Below, in pieces: positions 26,063 through 38,257 of a DNA stretch of 64,000 nt; position 1 is the stretch's first letter, and every line of letters begins with the position of its first letter. The translations under genes and the position numbers were made by a program. This stretch comes from an uncultured Verrucomicrobiota bacterium. Its GTDB lineage: Bacteria; Verrucomicrobiota; Verrucomicrobiia; Limisphaerales; CAIMTB01. The notes beneath the pieces were generated by a model. That model had not been told where the DNA came from. It did not search any database and saw only the letters and a list, made by a program, of their open reading frames with translations. The stretch covers positions 13,484 to 77,483 of the forward strand of contig CAYMDA010000020.1 in assembly GCA_964389135.1 (NCBI GenBank), read 5' to 3'.

Positions 26063-28870
26063 ATGCGACGACGTTTCACGGGATCGTTCCCGGCGATCCT
26101 TGCGATCTTCTTTCTCTCCGGGGCGGTGGCATTGCTCTACCAGGTCGCGTGGTTCCGGCGGCTTCAGCTTGTGTTCGGGGTGAGCGCGTTCGCGATGGGC
26201 GCCGTGGTCGCCGCGTTCATGCTGGGGATCGCGGCAGGCAGTCGATGGGCCGGCCGGATGCGCATGGCGCGGGAACGACCGCTGATCGCCTACGCGATCC
26301 TGGAGGTCGTCATCGCGCTGTATGCCGTGGTGTTCCCGTGGCTGGTCGCCGGCGTGGAGCGTCTGTACTCGTCATTGTACGAACCTCTTGCGGGACGATT
26401 CCTCACGCTGACGACCGTGCGACTTGCGCTGAGTCTTGCGCTGCTGCTGCCCGCGACCTTCTGCATGGGTGCGACGCTTCCGGTGCTCGCGCGCGCGGTG
26501 GCACGCGGGTCGGGCGCGGCGGTGACCCGCATCGGATGGCTGTACGCGGCGAACACGCTGGGTGGGGTGGTCGGGACTCTCGCGGCGGGATTTGTCGCGC
26601 TCGAGCTGCTGGGGATCCGGGGCACCCTCTGGGCGGGCGCGGCGGTCAACCTCGCGATCGCGGGACTGTCCGTCCTGGTCGCGCGCAGGGCGGCGGAGGA
26701 TCAAGTCACGCCGGCTCCGGCCGGAAGCGCCCGCGCCGCCGAGCGGGCCGTGGGGAAGCGCGCGTCGATCGACCCGGGAAAACAGGTGCGATTCGCGACG
26801 TGGGTGGTGGCGGCGACGGGACTGACATCCATGGCGCTGGAACTGGTCTGGACGCGCGCCCTGCTGTTCTACGTCCATAACTCCACGTACGCGTTCAGCG
26901 CGATCCTTGCCGTGTACCTGGCGGGTCTCGGACTCGGCGCGGCGGCCGGTGCGCATGCAGGCCGGCGGGGGGGAACGATGCGGTGGATGGCGGGCGTGCT
27001 CACGGGACTTTCCCTGCTGACACTCCTCTCGATCGCGGTCTACCGGAACCTGCCCGCCCTCGCGGAGCCGATCCTCGGAGAAACGCTTGCCCCGGGACTC
27101 TCCGGGTTTGGCGGGCAGCAGTTCTGGATCGTGCGGAGCTGGTGGACGGCGCTTGCCGCGATCTTCGTCCAGGTGTCCGCCGTGCTTCTTCCGCCGGGGT
27201 TTGGATTCGGCATGGTGTTTCCGCTGGCCCTGAGGCTGCTGGAGGAGAGCGGGGCGGAGGCGGCGGGAAGCGTCGGCCGGCTTTACGCCGTGAACACGAC
27301 GGCGTGCGTCGCCGGAACCCTGCTCGGTTCCTTCGTGCTCGTGCCATGGCTGGGGACTCGAGGTTCGCTCATCCTGCTCGCATGGATTCCGCTCCTGCCG
27401 GCGGTGCGCGCGTGGGGGCTCTCGGCGACCGGGCGGAGCACGCGTGTCGCGTGGGCCGCGGGCGCGATCGCGCTGACCGCGGTGGTCACGATCGTCGCGG
27501 CGCCATCCGGTTTCTACCGGGACATGTTCGCGCGCCGGTTCGGAACGGTGCTGTGGTTCTCCGAAGGACCGGCCGACACGGTGGCGGTCTGCCGGCGCCC
27601 GGATGGAACGGCATGGATCCATTTCTCCGATGGTCGCGGCGCCTCGGGGACCACCTCCTACAAGGGCGGCTGGCTGTACGCGCATCTCCCGCTGCTGCTG
27701 CATCCGGATCCGAAGTCGGCGCTTGTGATCTGTTTCGGCACGGGCAACACGCTGGGTGCGGCGAGCCGGCATGCGCTGGACCGGCTGGACGGCGTGGAAC
27801 TGTCGAGCGAGGTCGTGAAGGCGTCGAAGTACTTTCGCGACACGAATCATGATGTGGCGAACAACCCGGGCGTGAACCTGATCGTCGAGGACGGGCGCAA
27901 CTATCTCCTGGGCACGCGGCGGCGATACGACGTGATCACCGCCGAACCTCCGATGATCCACACCGCGGGCGTGGTAAACCTGTACAGCCGGGATTTCTAT
28001 CGGCTCTGCTCCGAGCGCCTCACGGACAACGGCATCATGGCGGTGTGGCTCGCCACATGGGAGATCGAGAATCCCGAACTGCGGATGCTCGTGCGCGCGT
28101 TCGCGGATGTCTTCCCGCATGCGTCCGTGTGGGATTCGAAGCATCTCGGCGAATGGATCCTGATCGGATCCCGATCGCCGATCGCGGTGGACCTTGATGC
28201 GCTGGCGGCGCGCATGAGCCGGCCCGGACTCTCGACGGACCTCGAGCGCATCGGAGTGAGTCGTCCCGAGGACCTCCTCGCGCTGTATCTCAAGGGGCGG
28301 GAGTTCCTCGATGACTACAGCCGCGGCGCGCGCCCGGTGACGGACGACCGATCGGTGGTCGATTTCGCCATCCCGCGCAAACCGCGCGCCAACTTCGGCC
28401 TCGGTGATTTCACGAGCGGCGGCTTCAACCTCTCCGGCGTGGGACCCAACGGACTCGTCAGTGAGCTGCGCGTCCGCGATTTCGACGGGATTTACACCGA
28501 CCGCGATTCCGCGGCCTCCCTGATCGCGAATCCGGCCGATGCGGAGAAGGATCCGCGCTGGGCCGAGATCGAGAGGCGGCGCGAGGCGGCCGAGTACGAG
28601 ACGGGCCGCAGGCTCGCATGGAATCTGATGGCCGCGGCCATGGACCACATCGAGCTCGAGCGCACGCCCGACGCGATGCGTGTCCTCGACCGCGGCCTCG
28701 AGATCGTGGCCGGTCCCGCGGGTGCGGACCTTCTGATCATGAAGGCCGCGGTTCTCCGCAACCGCGGGGAGCGGGAGGGCGCCATCGAATCGCTGCGCCG
28801 CGCGGTCGGCCTGAACCCGACGAACGCGACGGCCTTGAGGATGCTGGGCGAACTGGCGCCCCGTGAATGA
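26063..28870 (+). CDS. Fused polytopic membrane / spermidine-synthase-like (class I methyltransferase fold) / TPR protein
   Basis: Internal ATG at 26063 (MRRRFTGSFPAILAIFFLSGAVALLYQVAWFRRL...). About 12 hydrophobic helices, then ...LVICFGTGNTLGAA...VELSSEVV...YDVITAEPP..., then a TPR-like tail (AIESLRRAVGLNPTNATALRMLGEL). Confidence 0.8.
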   Translation: MRRRFTGSFPAILAIFFLSGAVALLYQVAWFRRLQLVFGVSAFAMGAVVAAFMLGIAAGSRWAGRMRMARERPLIAYAILEVVIALYAVVFPWLVAGVERLYSSLYEPLAGRFLTLTTVRLALSLALLLPATFCMGATLPVLARAVARGSGAAVTRIGWLYAANTLGGVVGTLAAGFVALELLGIRGTLWAGAAVNLAIAGLSVLVARRAAEDQVTPAPAGSARAAERAVGKRASIDPGKQVRFATWVVAATGLTSMALELVWTRALLFYVHNSTYAFSAILAVYLAGLGLGAAAGAHAGRRGGTMRWMAGVLTGLSLLTLLSIAVYRNLPALAEPILGETLAPGLSGFGGQQFWIVRSWWTALAAIFVQVSAVLLPPGFGFGMVFPLALRLLEESGAEAAGSVGRLYAVNTTACVAGTLLGSFVLVPWLGTRGSLILLAWIPLLPAVRAWGLSATGRSTRVAWAAGAIALTAVVTIVAAPSGFYRDMFARRFGTVLWFSEGPADTVAVCRRPDGTAWIHFSDGRGASGTTSYKGGWLYAHLPLLLHPDPKSALVICFGTGNTLGAASRHALDRLDGVELSSEVVKASKYFRDTNHDVANNPGVNLIVEDGRNYLLGTRRRYDVITAEPPMIHTAGVVNLYSRDFYRLCSERLTDNGIMAVWLATWEIENPELRMLVRAFADVFPHASVWDSKHLGEWILIGSRSPIAVDLDALAARMSRPGLSTDLERIGVSRPEDLLALYLKGREFLDDYSRGARPVTDDRSVVDFAIPRKPRANFGLGDFTSGGFNLSGVGPNGLVSELRVRDFDGIYTDRDSAASLIANPADAEKDPRWAEIERRREAAEYETGRRLAWNLMAAAMDHIELERTPDAMRVLDRGLEIVAGPAGADLLIMKAAVLRNRGEREGAIESLRRAVGLNPTNATALRMLGELAPRE

Positions 28871-29233
28871 CACCGAGGAAAGGGGCACCGCGTTCCCACG
28901 ACGTGATGGTGAGCGGACAGGCGCCGGTGAATGGTTCTTGGCGGCGCCAGCCGGGCTTCTCCGCGATGGCGACCACGAGGATCGCGGACACCGGGAGCGA
29001 GGACTCCATGAACACAGGGAGCCCGCCTTCCCGGCCGGAACAGCGGCGCGAAGAGATGGCCGCCCACGACGCCCGGCGTGACGCGTCCGCCAGCGTTGTC
29101 AGGCTGCGTTCCTCCTCGAGAAGGATCCAACTCCCCCCCGCCCGCCGGGCGGAGAAGACGAAGGGATCGCGGTCGGGCTGCCTGCGGGAGCGATTGCCTC
29201 GGAGGGAGCATCAACGATGACCTCCGCCTGGAG

Positions 29234-30583
29234 TCAGGCGAGGATTTCGTGGATGACGTGGCCGTGGACGTCCGTGAGGCGGCGGTCGGCGCCGTTGTGA
29301 CGGAAGGTGAGGCGCTCGTGGTCGAGGCCGAGAAGGTGCAGGACGGTGGCATGAAAGTCGTGGGTGGTGACCTTTCCGGCGGCGGCCTTCCACGACCACT
29401 CATCACTCTCTCCGTGGGCGACTCCGGGCCGGAGACCGGCGCCCGCCATCCAGCCCACAAAGGTGCCGCCATTGTGATCGCGGCCCGTGGTCCCCTGGGT
29501 GAAGGGCATGCGGCCGAACTCGGTGTTCCAGAGCAGGAGTGTGTCCTCGAGGAGTCCCCGTGTCTTGAGGTCACGGAGCAGGCCGGCGATGGGGCGGTCC
29601 GTGGAGACGGCGATTTTCGGGAGCTCGGAGACGATGTCGGAATGGTTGTCCCAGTTGTCCCTGGGGCCGCCGGCGCCGCTCCAGACCTGCACGAAGCGCG
29701 TGCCGCGCTCGATGAGTCGGCGCGCGACGAGGCAGCGGCGTCCGAAGTCATTCGTCAGCGGATCATCGAGGCCGTACAGGGCGCGCGTGGCGGGTGTCTC
29801 GGAGGAGAGGTCGAACGCCTCCGGGGCGCTGAGCTGCATGCGCGCCGCGAGTTCGTAGCTTCGGATGCGGGCGTCGAGGCGCGAGTCGTCGGGGTGGAGC
29901 GCGCGATGGGCGGCATTCAAGCGTCCGAGGAGCTCCATGCTGTCGCGCTCGCTCCCGGGTGTGATGCCGGGGGAGCTGGCGCGGAGATAGCGGATCGGTT
30001 CCGGACTTGAGGCGTCGATCACGGTGCCGGCGTGGGTGACCGGCAGGAATCCCGATGAGAAATTGCCGCGCTGGTTGTAGGGAAGGCCGCGGGCGTCAGG
30101 GAGAACGACGAAGGCGGGGAGATTCTCCGTTTCACTACCGAGTGCGTACACGACCCAGGAACCGAGGCACGGGAAACCCGGCAGCAGGAAGCCCGTGTTC
30201 ATGAGGTAGCTTCCCGGGCCGTGCACGTTGGTGCGCGATTCCATGGCCATCAGGAAGGTGAGATCGTCCACGCAGCGGGCGATGTGGGGGAAGACACTGC
30301 TGACCCAGCGCCCGCACTGTCCGTGCTGACGGAACTGGAAGGGCGATTTCATCAGGGTCCCGGGCTCGCTGGTGGCTGCTTCGACCCGGGCGCCTCCGCC
30401 GGGGTCGAACCTCTGCCCGTGGCGCCGCGCGAGCTCCGGCTTGAAGTCGAACGTGTCCATCTGGCTGGCCCCACCATTCATGAAGAGCTGGATGACGCGC
30501 CGTGCGTGCGGCCGGAAGTGCGGGAGGCGATCCGGGCCGCGGCGATGGAGGGGAACCCTGGCGTCCGGTTCGGAGGCGAGCAC
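29234..30583 (-). CDS. DUF1501 domain-containing protein (sulfatase-like fold); the expected Tat signal is encoded upstream in a different frame, so a frameshift or pseudogene is possible
   Basis: HFRPHARRVIQLFMNGGASQMDTFDFKP and the C-terminal ...GRDHNGGTFVGWMAGAG... are typical of DUF1501. The ORF begins at GTG 30583. ORF 30135..30695 (another frame) starts MSPHPFAPPPPSRREFLWRFGGGLGGIALASLL, the usual DUF1501 Tat leader. Confidence 0.8.
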   Translation of the reverse strand: MLASEPDARVPLHRRGPDRLPHFRPHARRVIQLFMNGGASQMDTFDFKPELARRHGQRFDPGGGARVEAATSEPGTLMKSPFQFRQHGQCGRWVSSVFPHIARCVDDLTFLMAMESRTNVHGPGSYLMNTGFLLPGFPCLGSWVVYALGSETENLPAFVVLPDARGLPYNQRGNFSSGFLPVTHAGTVIDASSPEPIRYLRASSPGITPGSERDSMELLGRLNAAHRALHPDDSRLDARIRSYELAARMQLSAPEAFDLSSETPATRALYGLDDPLTNDFGRRCLVARRLIERGTRFVQVWSGAGGPRDNWDNHSDIVSELPKIAVSTDRPIAGLLRDLKTRGLLEDTLLLWNTEFGRMPFTQGTTGRDHNGGTFVGWMAGAGLRPGVAHGESDEWSWKAAAGKVTTHDFHATVLHLLGLDHERLTFRHNGADRRLTDVHGHVIHEILA

Positions 30584-30708
30584 GCCCTGTTCGCTGGAGA
30601 AGGCTCGCGAGGGCGATGCCGCCGAGGCCTCCGCCGAAGCGCCACAGGAACTCGCGGCGGCTCGGCGGCGGGGGGGCGAACGGGTGCGGGCTCATGGGGT
30701 GGAGTCAC

Positions 30709-32787
<2,079 letters not shown>

Positions 32788-32905
32788 GTGTGGAGAGTGC
32801 CGCGGAATCGCCGCGCGTCGAGTCGGATTCGATGGTTGCCGGGAGGGGCGCCGGGAGATTCGGGGCTTCTTCTGGACCGCGCCGCGGATCATCGTCGGCG
32901 CGTCG

Positions 32906-33715
32906 ATGAAGCTGTTTGATCTCACAGGCGAAGTGGCGGTGGTGATCGGGGCCACCGGAGTGCTGGGGGGCGCCCTGGCGCAGGGACTCGCGGCCGCCGG
33001 CGCCCGGGTGGCCGTGGTCGGACGGAACGCGGAACGTGGCCAGGCAAGGGTGGCGGTGATCCGCGCGGAAGGCGGCACGGCGGAGTTCTTCGCGGCGGAC
33101 GCCATGGACCGCGCCAGCCTCGAGGATGCGCGGGAACGGGTGACCGCGACGTGGGGGGCTGCGCCGCGCATTCTGGTGAACGCCGCCGGGGGCAATGACC
33201 CCAGGGTGACGGTCACGGCCGAGCGCGCCTTCGAGCAGATCGACATGGCGGACTGGCGGGCGAGCTTCGATCTGAACCTCGTGGGCGGCGTGGTCGTGCC
33301 GTGCCAGGTGTTCGGGCCCGCGATGATCGAGGCCGGGGGAGGCAGCATCATCAACGTGGCGAGCGCCTCGGCCCGCATCCCCCTGTCCAGGGTGGTGGCG
33401 TATTCGGCGGCGAAGGCGGCGGTGCTGAACGTGACGCGGTTCCTCGCCCGAGAATGGGCGCCTCGGGGCGTGCGCGTGAACGCGCTGACGCCCGGATTCT
33501 TCCCGGCCGAACAGAATCGGCGCCTGCTCTTCAACGCGGACGGCACGCCGACACCGCGCGCGCAGGCGATCCTCGGGCACACGCCCATGGGCCGGTTCGG
33601 GGAGGCGCACGAACTGGTGGGCGCGGCCGTGTTTCTCGCGAGCAGCAGGGCGAGCTCCTTCGTGACCGGGACGGAACTGGTGGTGGACGGCGGGTTTCTC
33701 GCGCAGACCATTTAA
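32906..33715 (+). CDS. SDR-family oxidoreductase
   Basis: Internal ATG at 32906 (MKLFDLTGEVAVVIGATGVLGGALA, a TGxxxGxG motif). Catalytic YSAAKAAV (YxxxK). Confidence 0.9.
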   Translation: MKLFDLTGEVAVVIGATGVLGGALAQGLAAAGARVAVVGRNAERGQARVAVIRAEGGTAEFFAADAMDRASLEDARERVTATWGAAPRILVNAAGGNDPRVTVTAERAFEQIDMADWRASFDLNLVGGVVVPCQVFGPAMIEAGGGSIINVASASARIPLSRVVAYSAAKAAVLNVTRFLAREWAPRGVRVNALTPGFFPAEQNRRLLFNADGTPTPRAQAILGHTPMGRFGEAHELVGAAVFLASSRASSFVTGTELVVDGGFLAQTI

Positions 33716-33719
33716 GGCC

Positions 33720-35240
33720 ATGGCACGACGATCGATCGGCGAATGGATGGAGCATAGCGGGGTGAAGTTCGGCACCAGCGGCGCGCGCGGGCTCGCCGAC
33801 GCGATGACGGACGAGGTCTGCTATGCCTACACCCGGGGCTTCCTGAACTTTCTCAGGTCCAGGGGCGAGCTGGCCGGCGCGGACCTGCGTGTCGCCGTCG
33901 GAGGAGACCTTCGGCCGAGCACGGATCGAATTGTCGCGGCCGTCTGCGCGGCGGTGGCGGATTTCGGGGCGGTCCCGGTTCACTGCGGCCGCGTGCCTTC
34001 CCCGGCGGTGGCGCTGTACGGGTTCGAGAACGGGATCCCGTCGATCATGGTGACGGGAAGCCACATCCCGGACGACCGCAACGGAATCAAGTTCAACATG
34101 CCCCGCACGGAGGTGCTCAAGGAGCATGAGGCGGGGATGATGGCCGAAGAGGTGGACGTGGCCGCGGACCTGTTCACGCCGGAGGGGATGTTCCGGGAGC
34201 CGCGCGCGCTCCCGACGGTGGATGGCACCGCGGCGCAGAACTACGTGCGGCGGTATCTGGAGGCGTTCCCCGAACTGCCGCTGGCCGGGCTGCGCGTCGG
34301 CGTGTACCAGCATTCCGCCGTCGGGCGCGACGTGATGGTGGAGATCCTGCGGGTCCTCGGCGCGGAGGTCGTGCCGCTTGGGCGATCGGACAGGTTCGTG
34401 CCGGTGGACACCGAGGCGATCCGGGCGGAGGACGTCGCGCTGGCGCGCGACTGGGCGTCCCGGAACGCGTTCGACGCCATCGTCTCGTCCGACGGGGACA
34501 GCGATCGTCCCCTCGTGGCGGATGCGTCGGGTGAATGGATCCGCGGCGATGTGCTCGGAGTGCTGTGCGCGCGCTACCTTGGCGCGGACGTCGTCGTGAC
34601 CCCGGTCAGTTCCAACACGGTCGTCGAGTTGTGCGGCTGGTTTCCGGAGGTGCGGCGGACGAGGATCGGATCGCCGTACGTGATCGAGGCGATGATGGCG
34701 GCCAGTTCGGCGGGCGCGCTCCGTGTCGTCGGGTACGAGGCCAACGGCGGCTTTCTGATTCAGACTCCGCTCGTGCTGGGCGGCCGGAGGCTGGCGGCGC
34801 TGCCGACCCGCGATTGCATGATCGTGATCCTCGCGGTGCTGCTCCTTGCGCGGCGCGAGGGCAAGACGCTCGCCGAGCTGGTTTCGACGCTGCCGCGGCG
34901 ATTCACCGCGAGCGATCGCCTTCAGGGGGTGCCCACCGAGAAAAGCCGCGGGATTCTCGCGCCGCTGCAGCAGCAGCCCGAGGAGTCCGCGTGGGCAGCC
35001 ATCGAGCGGATGCTAGGCCTGGTGGCGGGCGGCCGCGTGAGCGCGGTGGATCATCGCGACGGCGTGCGTGTGACGTTCGACACCGGCGACATCGTGCACC
35101 TGCGCCCCTCCGGGAACGCGCCGGAGTTCCGGTGCTACACGGAGGCCTCCTCGCGCGCGCGGGCCGAGGCGCTCTGCGCGGAGACGCTCGCGCTCGTGGC
35201 CTCCCTCGCGGGGGTTCCGGGCCCGGGACCCCTCCACTAA
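33720..35240 (+). CDS. Phosphomannomutase/phosphoglucomutase (alpha-D-phosphohexomutase family)
   Basis: GVKFGTSGARG N-terminal motif, active-site loop MVTGSHIPDDRNGIKF, metal loop SSDGDSDRP. Confidence 0.9.
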   Translation: MARRSIGEWMEHSGVKFGTSGARGLADAMTDEVCYAYTRGFLNFLRSRGELAGADLRVAVGGDLRPSTDRIVAAVCAAVADFGAVPVHCGRVPSPAVALYGFENGIPSIMVTGSHIPDDRNGIKFNMPRTEVLKEHEAGMMAEEVDVAADLFTPEGMFREPRALPTVDGTAAQNYVRRYLEAFPELPLAGLRVGVYQHSAVGRDVMVEILRVLGAEVVPLGRSDRFVPVDTEAIRAEDVALARDWASRNAFDAIVSSDGDSDRPLVADASGEWIRGDVLGVLCARYLGADVVVTPVSSNTVVELCGWFPEVRRTRIGSPYVIEAMMAASSAGALRVVGYEANGGFLIQTPLVLGGRRLAALPTRDCMIVILAVLLLARREGKTLAELVSTLPRRFTASDRLQGVPTEKSRGILAPLQQQPEESAWAAIERMLGLVAGGRVSAVDHRDGVRVTFDTGDIVHLRPSGNAPEFRCYTEASSRARAEALCAETLALVASLAGVPGPGPLH

Positions 35241-35269
35241 TCGACGTCCGCGCGGGCGGGACGCGGGAG

Positions 35270-38257
35270 TCAGGCACCCATGTGGCGGGTGTACACGGCG
35301 CGGACGTCGGCGCGCCAGAGCGCGAGATCCTTGAGGAAGCGGGCCGTGTCGGAATAGCCGCAGCGCACGGCGACGCGGAGCTGGGCCGCGGGATCGTCCG
35401 GAAGCACGGCCTCGCCCTCGAAACTCCAGCGGCGGAGGATCGATTCCATGCGGCGAAGCCGGTTGTAGTTCTCGATGAGGATCGCGGCGTCGTCGGGCGG
35501 CAGGGCGCCCGTGTCGCGCGCGTGTTCGAGGGAGCGAAGGGTGTTTGGCTCGAACCAGCCGTGTTCCATGGCCAGGGCCTGCGCGAGGAACTCGATGTCG
35601 ACGAGACCTCCCGCCCCGGTCTTGAAGGCGAGCGCGTCCTTCCCGCGCGGCGTTCGCTCGCGTTCGATCCGGAGCCGCATGGCCGCGATCTGCGCCTTCC
35701 AGTCGGGCTGGAACGCCTGGAGGGGAAGGGATGGATTCCGGAAGTTGGTGAGGCGCCGGGCCAGGTCCACGAACGCGGCGCCGGTGGGCTCCTGGCCGGC
35801 GATGAATCGCGCGCGGGTGAGCGCCTGGACTTCCCAGAGCATGGCGCGCCCGCGGTAGTAATCCTCGTGGGCTCGCAGGAGGTTCACCAGGAGGCCCTTC
35901 TCGCCGTCGGGACGGAGGCGGGTGTCGAGCACGAACACCGATCCCTGGGCGGTCCGCGAGGAGAGCAGGTCGATCGTTTCGCTCGCGAGCTTCTGCAGGC
36001 GGGCGAGGTCCGGCGTGCGATCCGGCGCGACGAAGATGACATCCAGATCGGATCCGTACACGAGTTCGTTGCCGCCGAACTTGCCGAGGCCGATCACCGC
36101 GAACGGGGGCGTGCGCAACCGGTGGCGGCGCGCGACGACTTCGAGCGCGTACTGAACACAGGCGGTGGCAAGCGCTCCGAGCTCGGCGTTGGCGGCCTGG
36201 AAATCGACGAGGTCAAGAATGTCGCGCAGGCCGAGGCGCATGAACTCGGTCTGGAAATACCGGCGGAGCCACAGATGCTGGTCGGGGTCGGCGAGTCCGT
36301 GTCGCAGGTCGGCGAGCGTGCCCGCGGCGTCCTTCTGACGCGTGATATGGCCGCCGATCTCGAGCTGGTCGACGAGATCCGGTTCGCGGATGGCGAGTTC
36401 GGCAAGGAACTCGGAGCGGTCGAACAGCTTGAGGATGTGCTCGAACAGGTTGGGGCGGGCGGTCCACAGCTCGTACAGCGAGGCACGGGCCCCGTAGTTG
36501 CTGATGTAGCTGTCGAGCCGCGCGACGACGCGGTCCGGGTCCGACAGCACGAAGGAGGGACCGTGGGCAGGGGGCGCCGGGGAGCTGCCGTTCTCCGTGC
36601 CCGCCTGGCCGCGGTCTGCCGGTGCGGCTGCACCGGGACAGAGCTCGAGGATGCGCTCGACGAGCTGGCGTCCCAGCTCGCCGGTGCGCCGTGAGACGTG
36701 TCCGAAGCCGGGGCCTTCCACCAGAAGCCGCAGGAGGCGCACGCCGCGATCAGGATCGCGGAAGCCGCAGCGCGCGAGCAGGTCACGCCATGCCTTCATG
36801 TGATCGTCGTCGAAGGAAGGCGGGAGCATGCCGGGCTCATCCTCCTCCGCGACGCCCAGGACCGACTCGTACGTTTCCCGCACGCGCGCGGTGTGGCGAT
36901 GGAGAGCCTCGAGGAAGCCGGCGCGATCCGGGAAACCCATCAGGCGGGCCAGCCGCTCCAGGGCGGCGGGTTGCTCGGGCAGCGTGTGCGTCTGGCGCTG
37001 CTCGTCCATCTGAAGGCGGTGTTCGACATTGCGCAGGAACCGGTAGGCCTCCTCCAGCATGGCGCTGCGCTCCTCCGACAGGATGCCGTAGCCGGCCAGC
37101 TTGCGGAGGGCGACGAGCGTCTGATGGGTCTGCAGGAAGGGGTTCCGCCCGCCGTGAAGGACCTGGAGCGATTGCGCCACAAACTCGATCTCGCGTATGC
37201 CGCCGCGCCCGAGCTTGATGTTGCGGTCCACCTCGCCGGCGCGGACGACCTCGCGCTCGATCCGCCGTTTCATCTCGGCCATCTCCTTGAGCAGGCCCTC
37301 GCCGAGGAACCGCGGATAGCGGAAGGCATGAATGATCTCGAGGAACTCCCCGGCCAGCGTCGGATCGCCCGCGACGCCGCGCGCCTTGAGGAGCATCATT
37401 CGCTCCCACGTCTGGCCCCATTCGGCGTAAAAGTTCTCGTAGCTGTCGAGGGAACGGGCGAGCGGGCCCGAGTCGCCCTCCGGGCGGAGGCGCATGTCGA
37501 TGCGCAGCCCGCCGCCCTGGACACCCCGGCAGCTCGCCTCACGGATGAAGGCCTCGCACAGGCGCTTGAAGAACTGGTGGTTCGGCAGGACCTGCGAGGG
37601 CGCCTTGGGCGAGCGCGGCGAGGATCGGTACGTGCCCCCCTCATCGGTGTACACGAACAGGAGGTCCACGTCGGAGCTGTAGTTCAGCTCGACTCCGCCC
37701 AGCTTTCCCATCCCGAGGACGGCGAAGGCGGTGCGGCGCCATTTCCGGTCCGGATCCAGATGCCATGGCGTTCCGAAACGCGCGGTCTGCTCCTCCCACA
37801 CCACCTTCAGGACGCCGTCGAGGAAGACATCGGCCGCGTGAGACAGCTCGCCGAGGATCTCCTCGAGGGGCGCGAGGCCCGCGAGGTCGCGCACCGCGAT
37901 CCGGAGCAGTTCCCGGAGGCGGATCTGGTGGAGATCGTCGAGGGCGCGCCGGATCACTCCGGCGGCACGCGCCGACCGGAGCGCGGCGGTCGCTTCATGC
38001 TGAAGAGAGCCGTGATGCCGCGGGTGCCGCAGGGAAGCGGGGTCGGCCACGATCCCGAGCCATTCGGGATGCTGCCGGAGGATCTCGGAGATCCATCGCG
38101 AGCCGGCGAGGGCCGAGGCGAGGACGCGCTTCGCCTCCGGGTCGAGCTCATGGAGGGCGGTGTCGGGGATGGCGTCGTGAAGAAGCTCGAGATGTCGACG
38201 GGCGCGCTCCGGATCGGCTGTGGCCGCCAGCGCGCGGGTCCAGGATTCGGGAAGCAT
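35270..38257 (-). CDS. glnE: Bifunctional glutamine synthetase adenylyltransferase/adenylyl-removing enzyme
   Basis: 995 aa with two nucleotidyltransferase modules: FAVLGMGKLGGVELNYSSDVDLLFVY and FAVIGLGKFGGNELVYGSDLDVIFV. Confidence 0.9.
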   Translation of the reverse strand: MLPESWTRALAATADPERARRHLELLHDAIPDTALHELDPEAKRVLASALAGSRWISEILRQHPEWLGIVADPASLRHPRHHGSLQHEATAALRSARAAGVIRRALDDLHQIRLRELLRIAVRDLAGLAPLEEILGELSHAADVFLDGVLKVVWEEQTARFGTPWHLDPDRKWRRTAFAVLGMGKLGGVELNYSSDVDLLFVYTDEGGTYRSSPRSPKAPSQVLPNHQFFKRLCEAFIREASCRGVQGGGLRIDMRLRPEGDSGPLARSLDSYENFYAEWGQTWERMMLLKARGVAGDPTLAGEFLEIIHAFRYPRFLGEGLLKEMAEMKRRIEREVVRAGEVDRNIKLGRGGIREIEFVAQSLQVLHGGRNPFLQTHQTLVALRKLAGYGILSEERSAMLEEAYRFLRNVEHRLQMDEQRQTHTLPEQPAALERLARLMGFPDRAGFLEALHRHTARVRETYESVLGVAEEDEPGMLPPSFDDDHMKAWRDLLARCGFRDPDRGVRLLRLLVEGPGFGHVSRRTGELGRQLVERILELCPGAAAPADRGQAGTENGSSPAPPAHGPSFVLSDPDRVVARLDSYISNYGARASLYELWTARPNLFEHILKLFDRSEFLAELAIREPDLVDQLEIGGHITRQKDAAGTLADLRHGLADPDQHLWLRRYFQTEFMRLGLRDILDLVDFQAANAELGALATACVQYALEVVARRHRLRTPPFAVIGLGKFGGNELVYGSDLDVIFVAPDRTPDLARLQKLASETIDLLSSRTAQGSVFVLDTRLRPDGEKGLLVNLLRAHEDYYRGRAMLWEVQALTRARFIAGQEPTGAAFVDLARRLTNFRNPSLPLQAFQPDWKAQIAAMRLRIERERTPRGKDALAFKTGAGGLVDIEFLAQALAMEHGWFEPNTLRSLEHARDTGALPPDDAAILIENYNRLRRMESILRRWSFEGEAVLPDDPAAQLRVAVRCGYSDTARFLKDLALWRADVRAVYTRHMGA

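Noticed and set aside
26372-28888. 838-aa minus-strand ORF antisense to the membrane/SpeE-like gene.
   Set aside because: Same shadow-ORF character (Arg/Pro/Glu-rich). The sense frame has coherent TM helices and MTase-like motifs.
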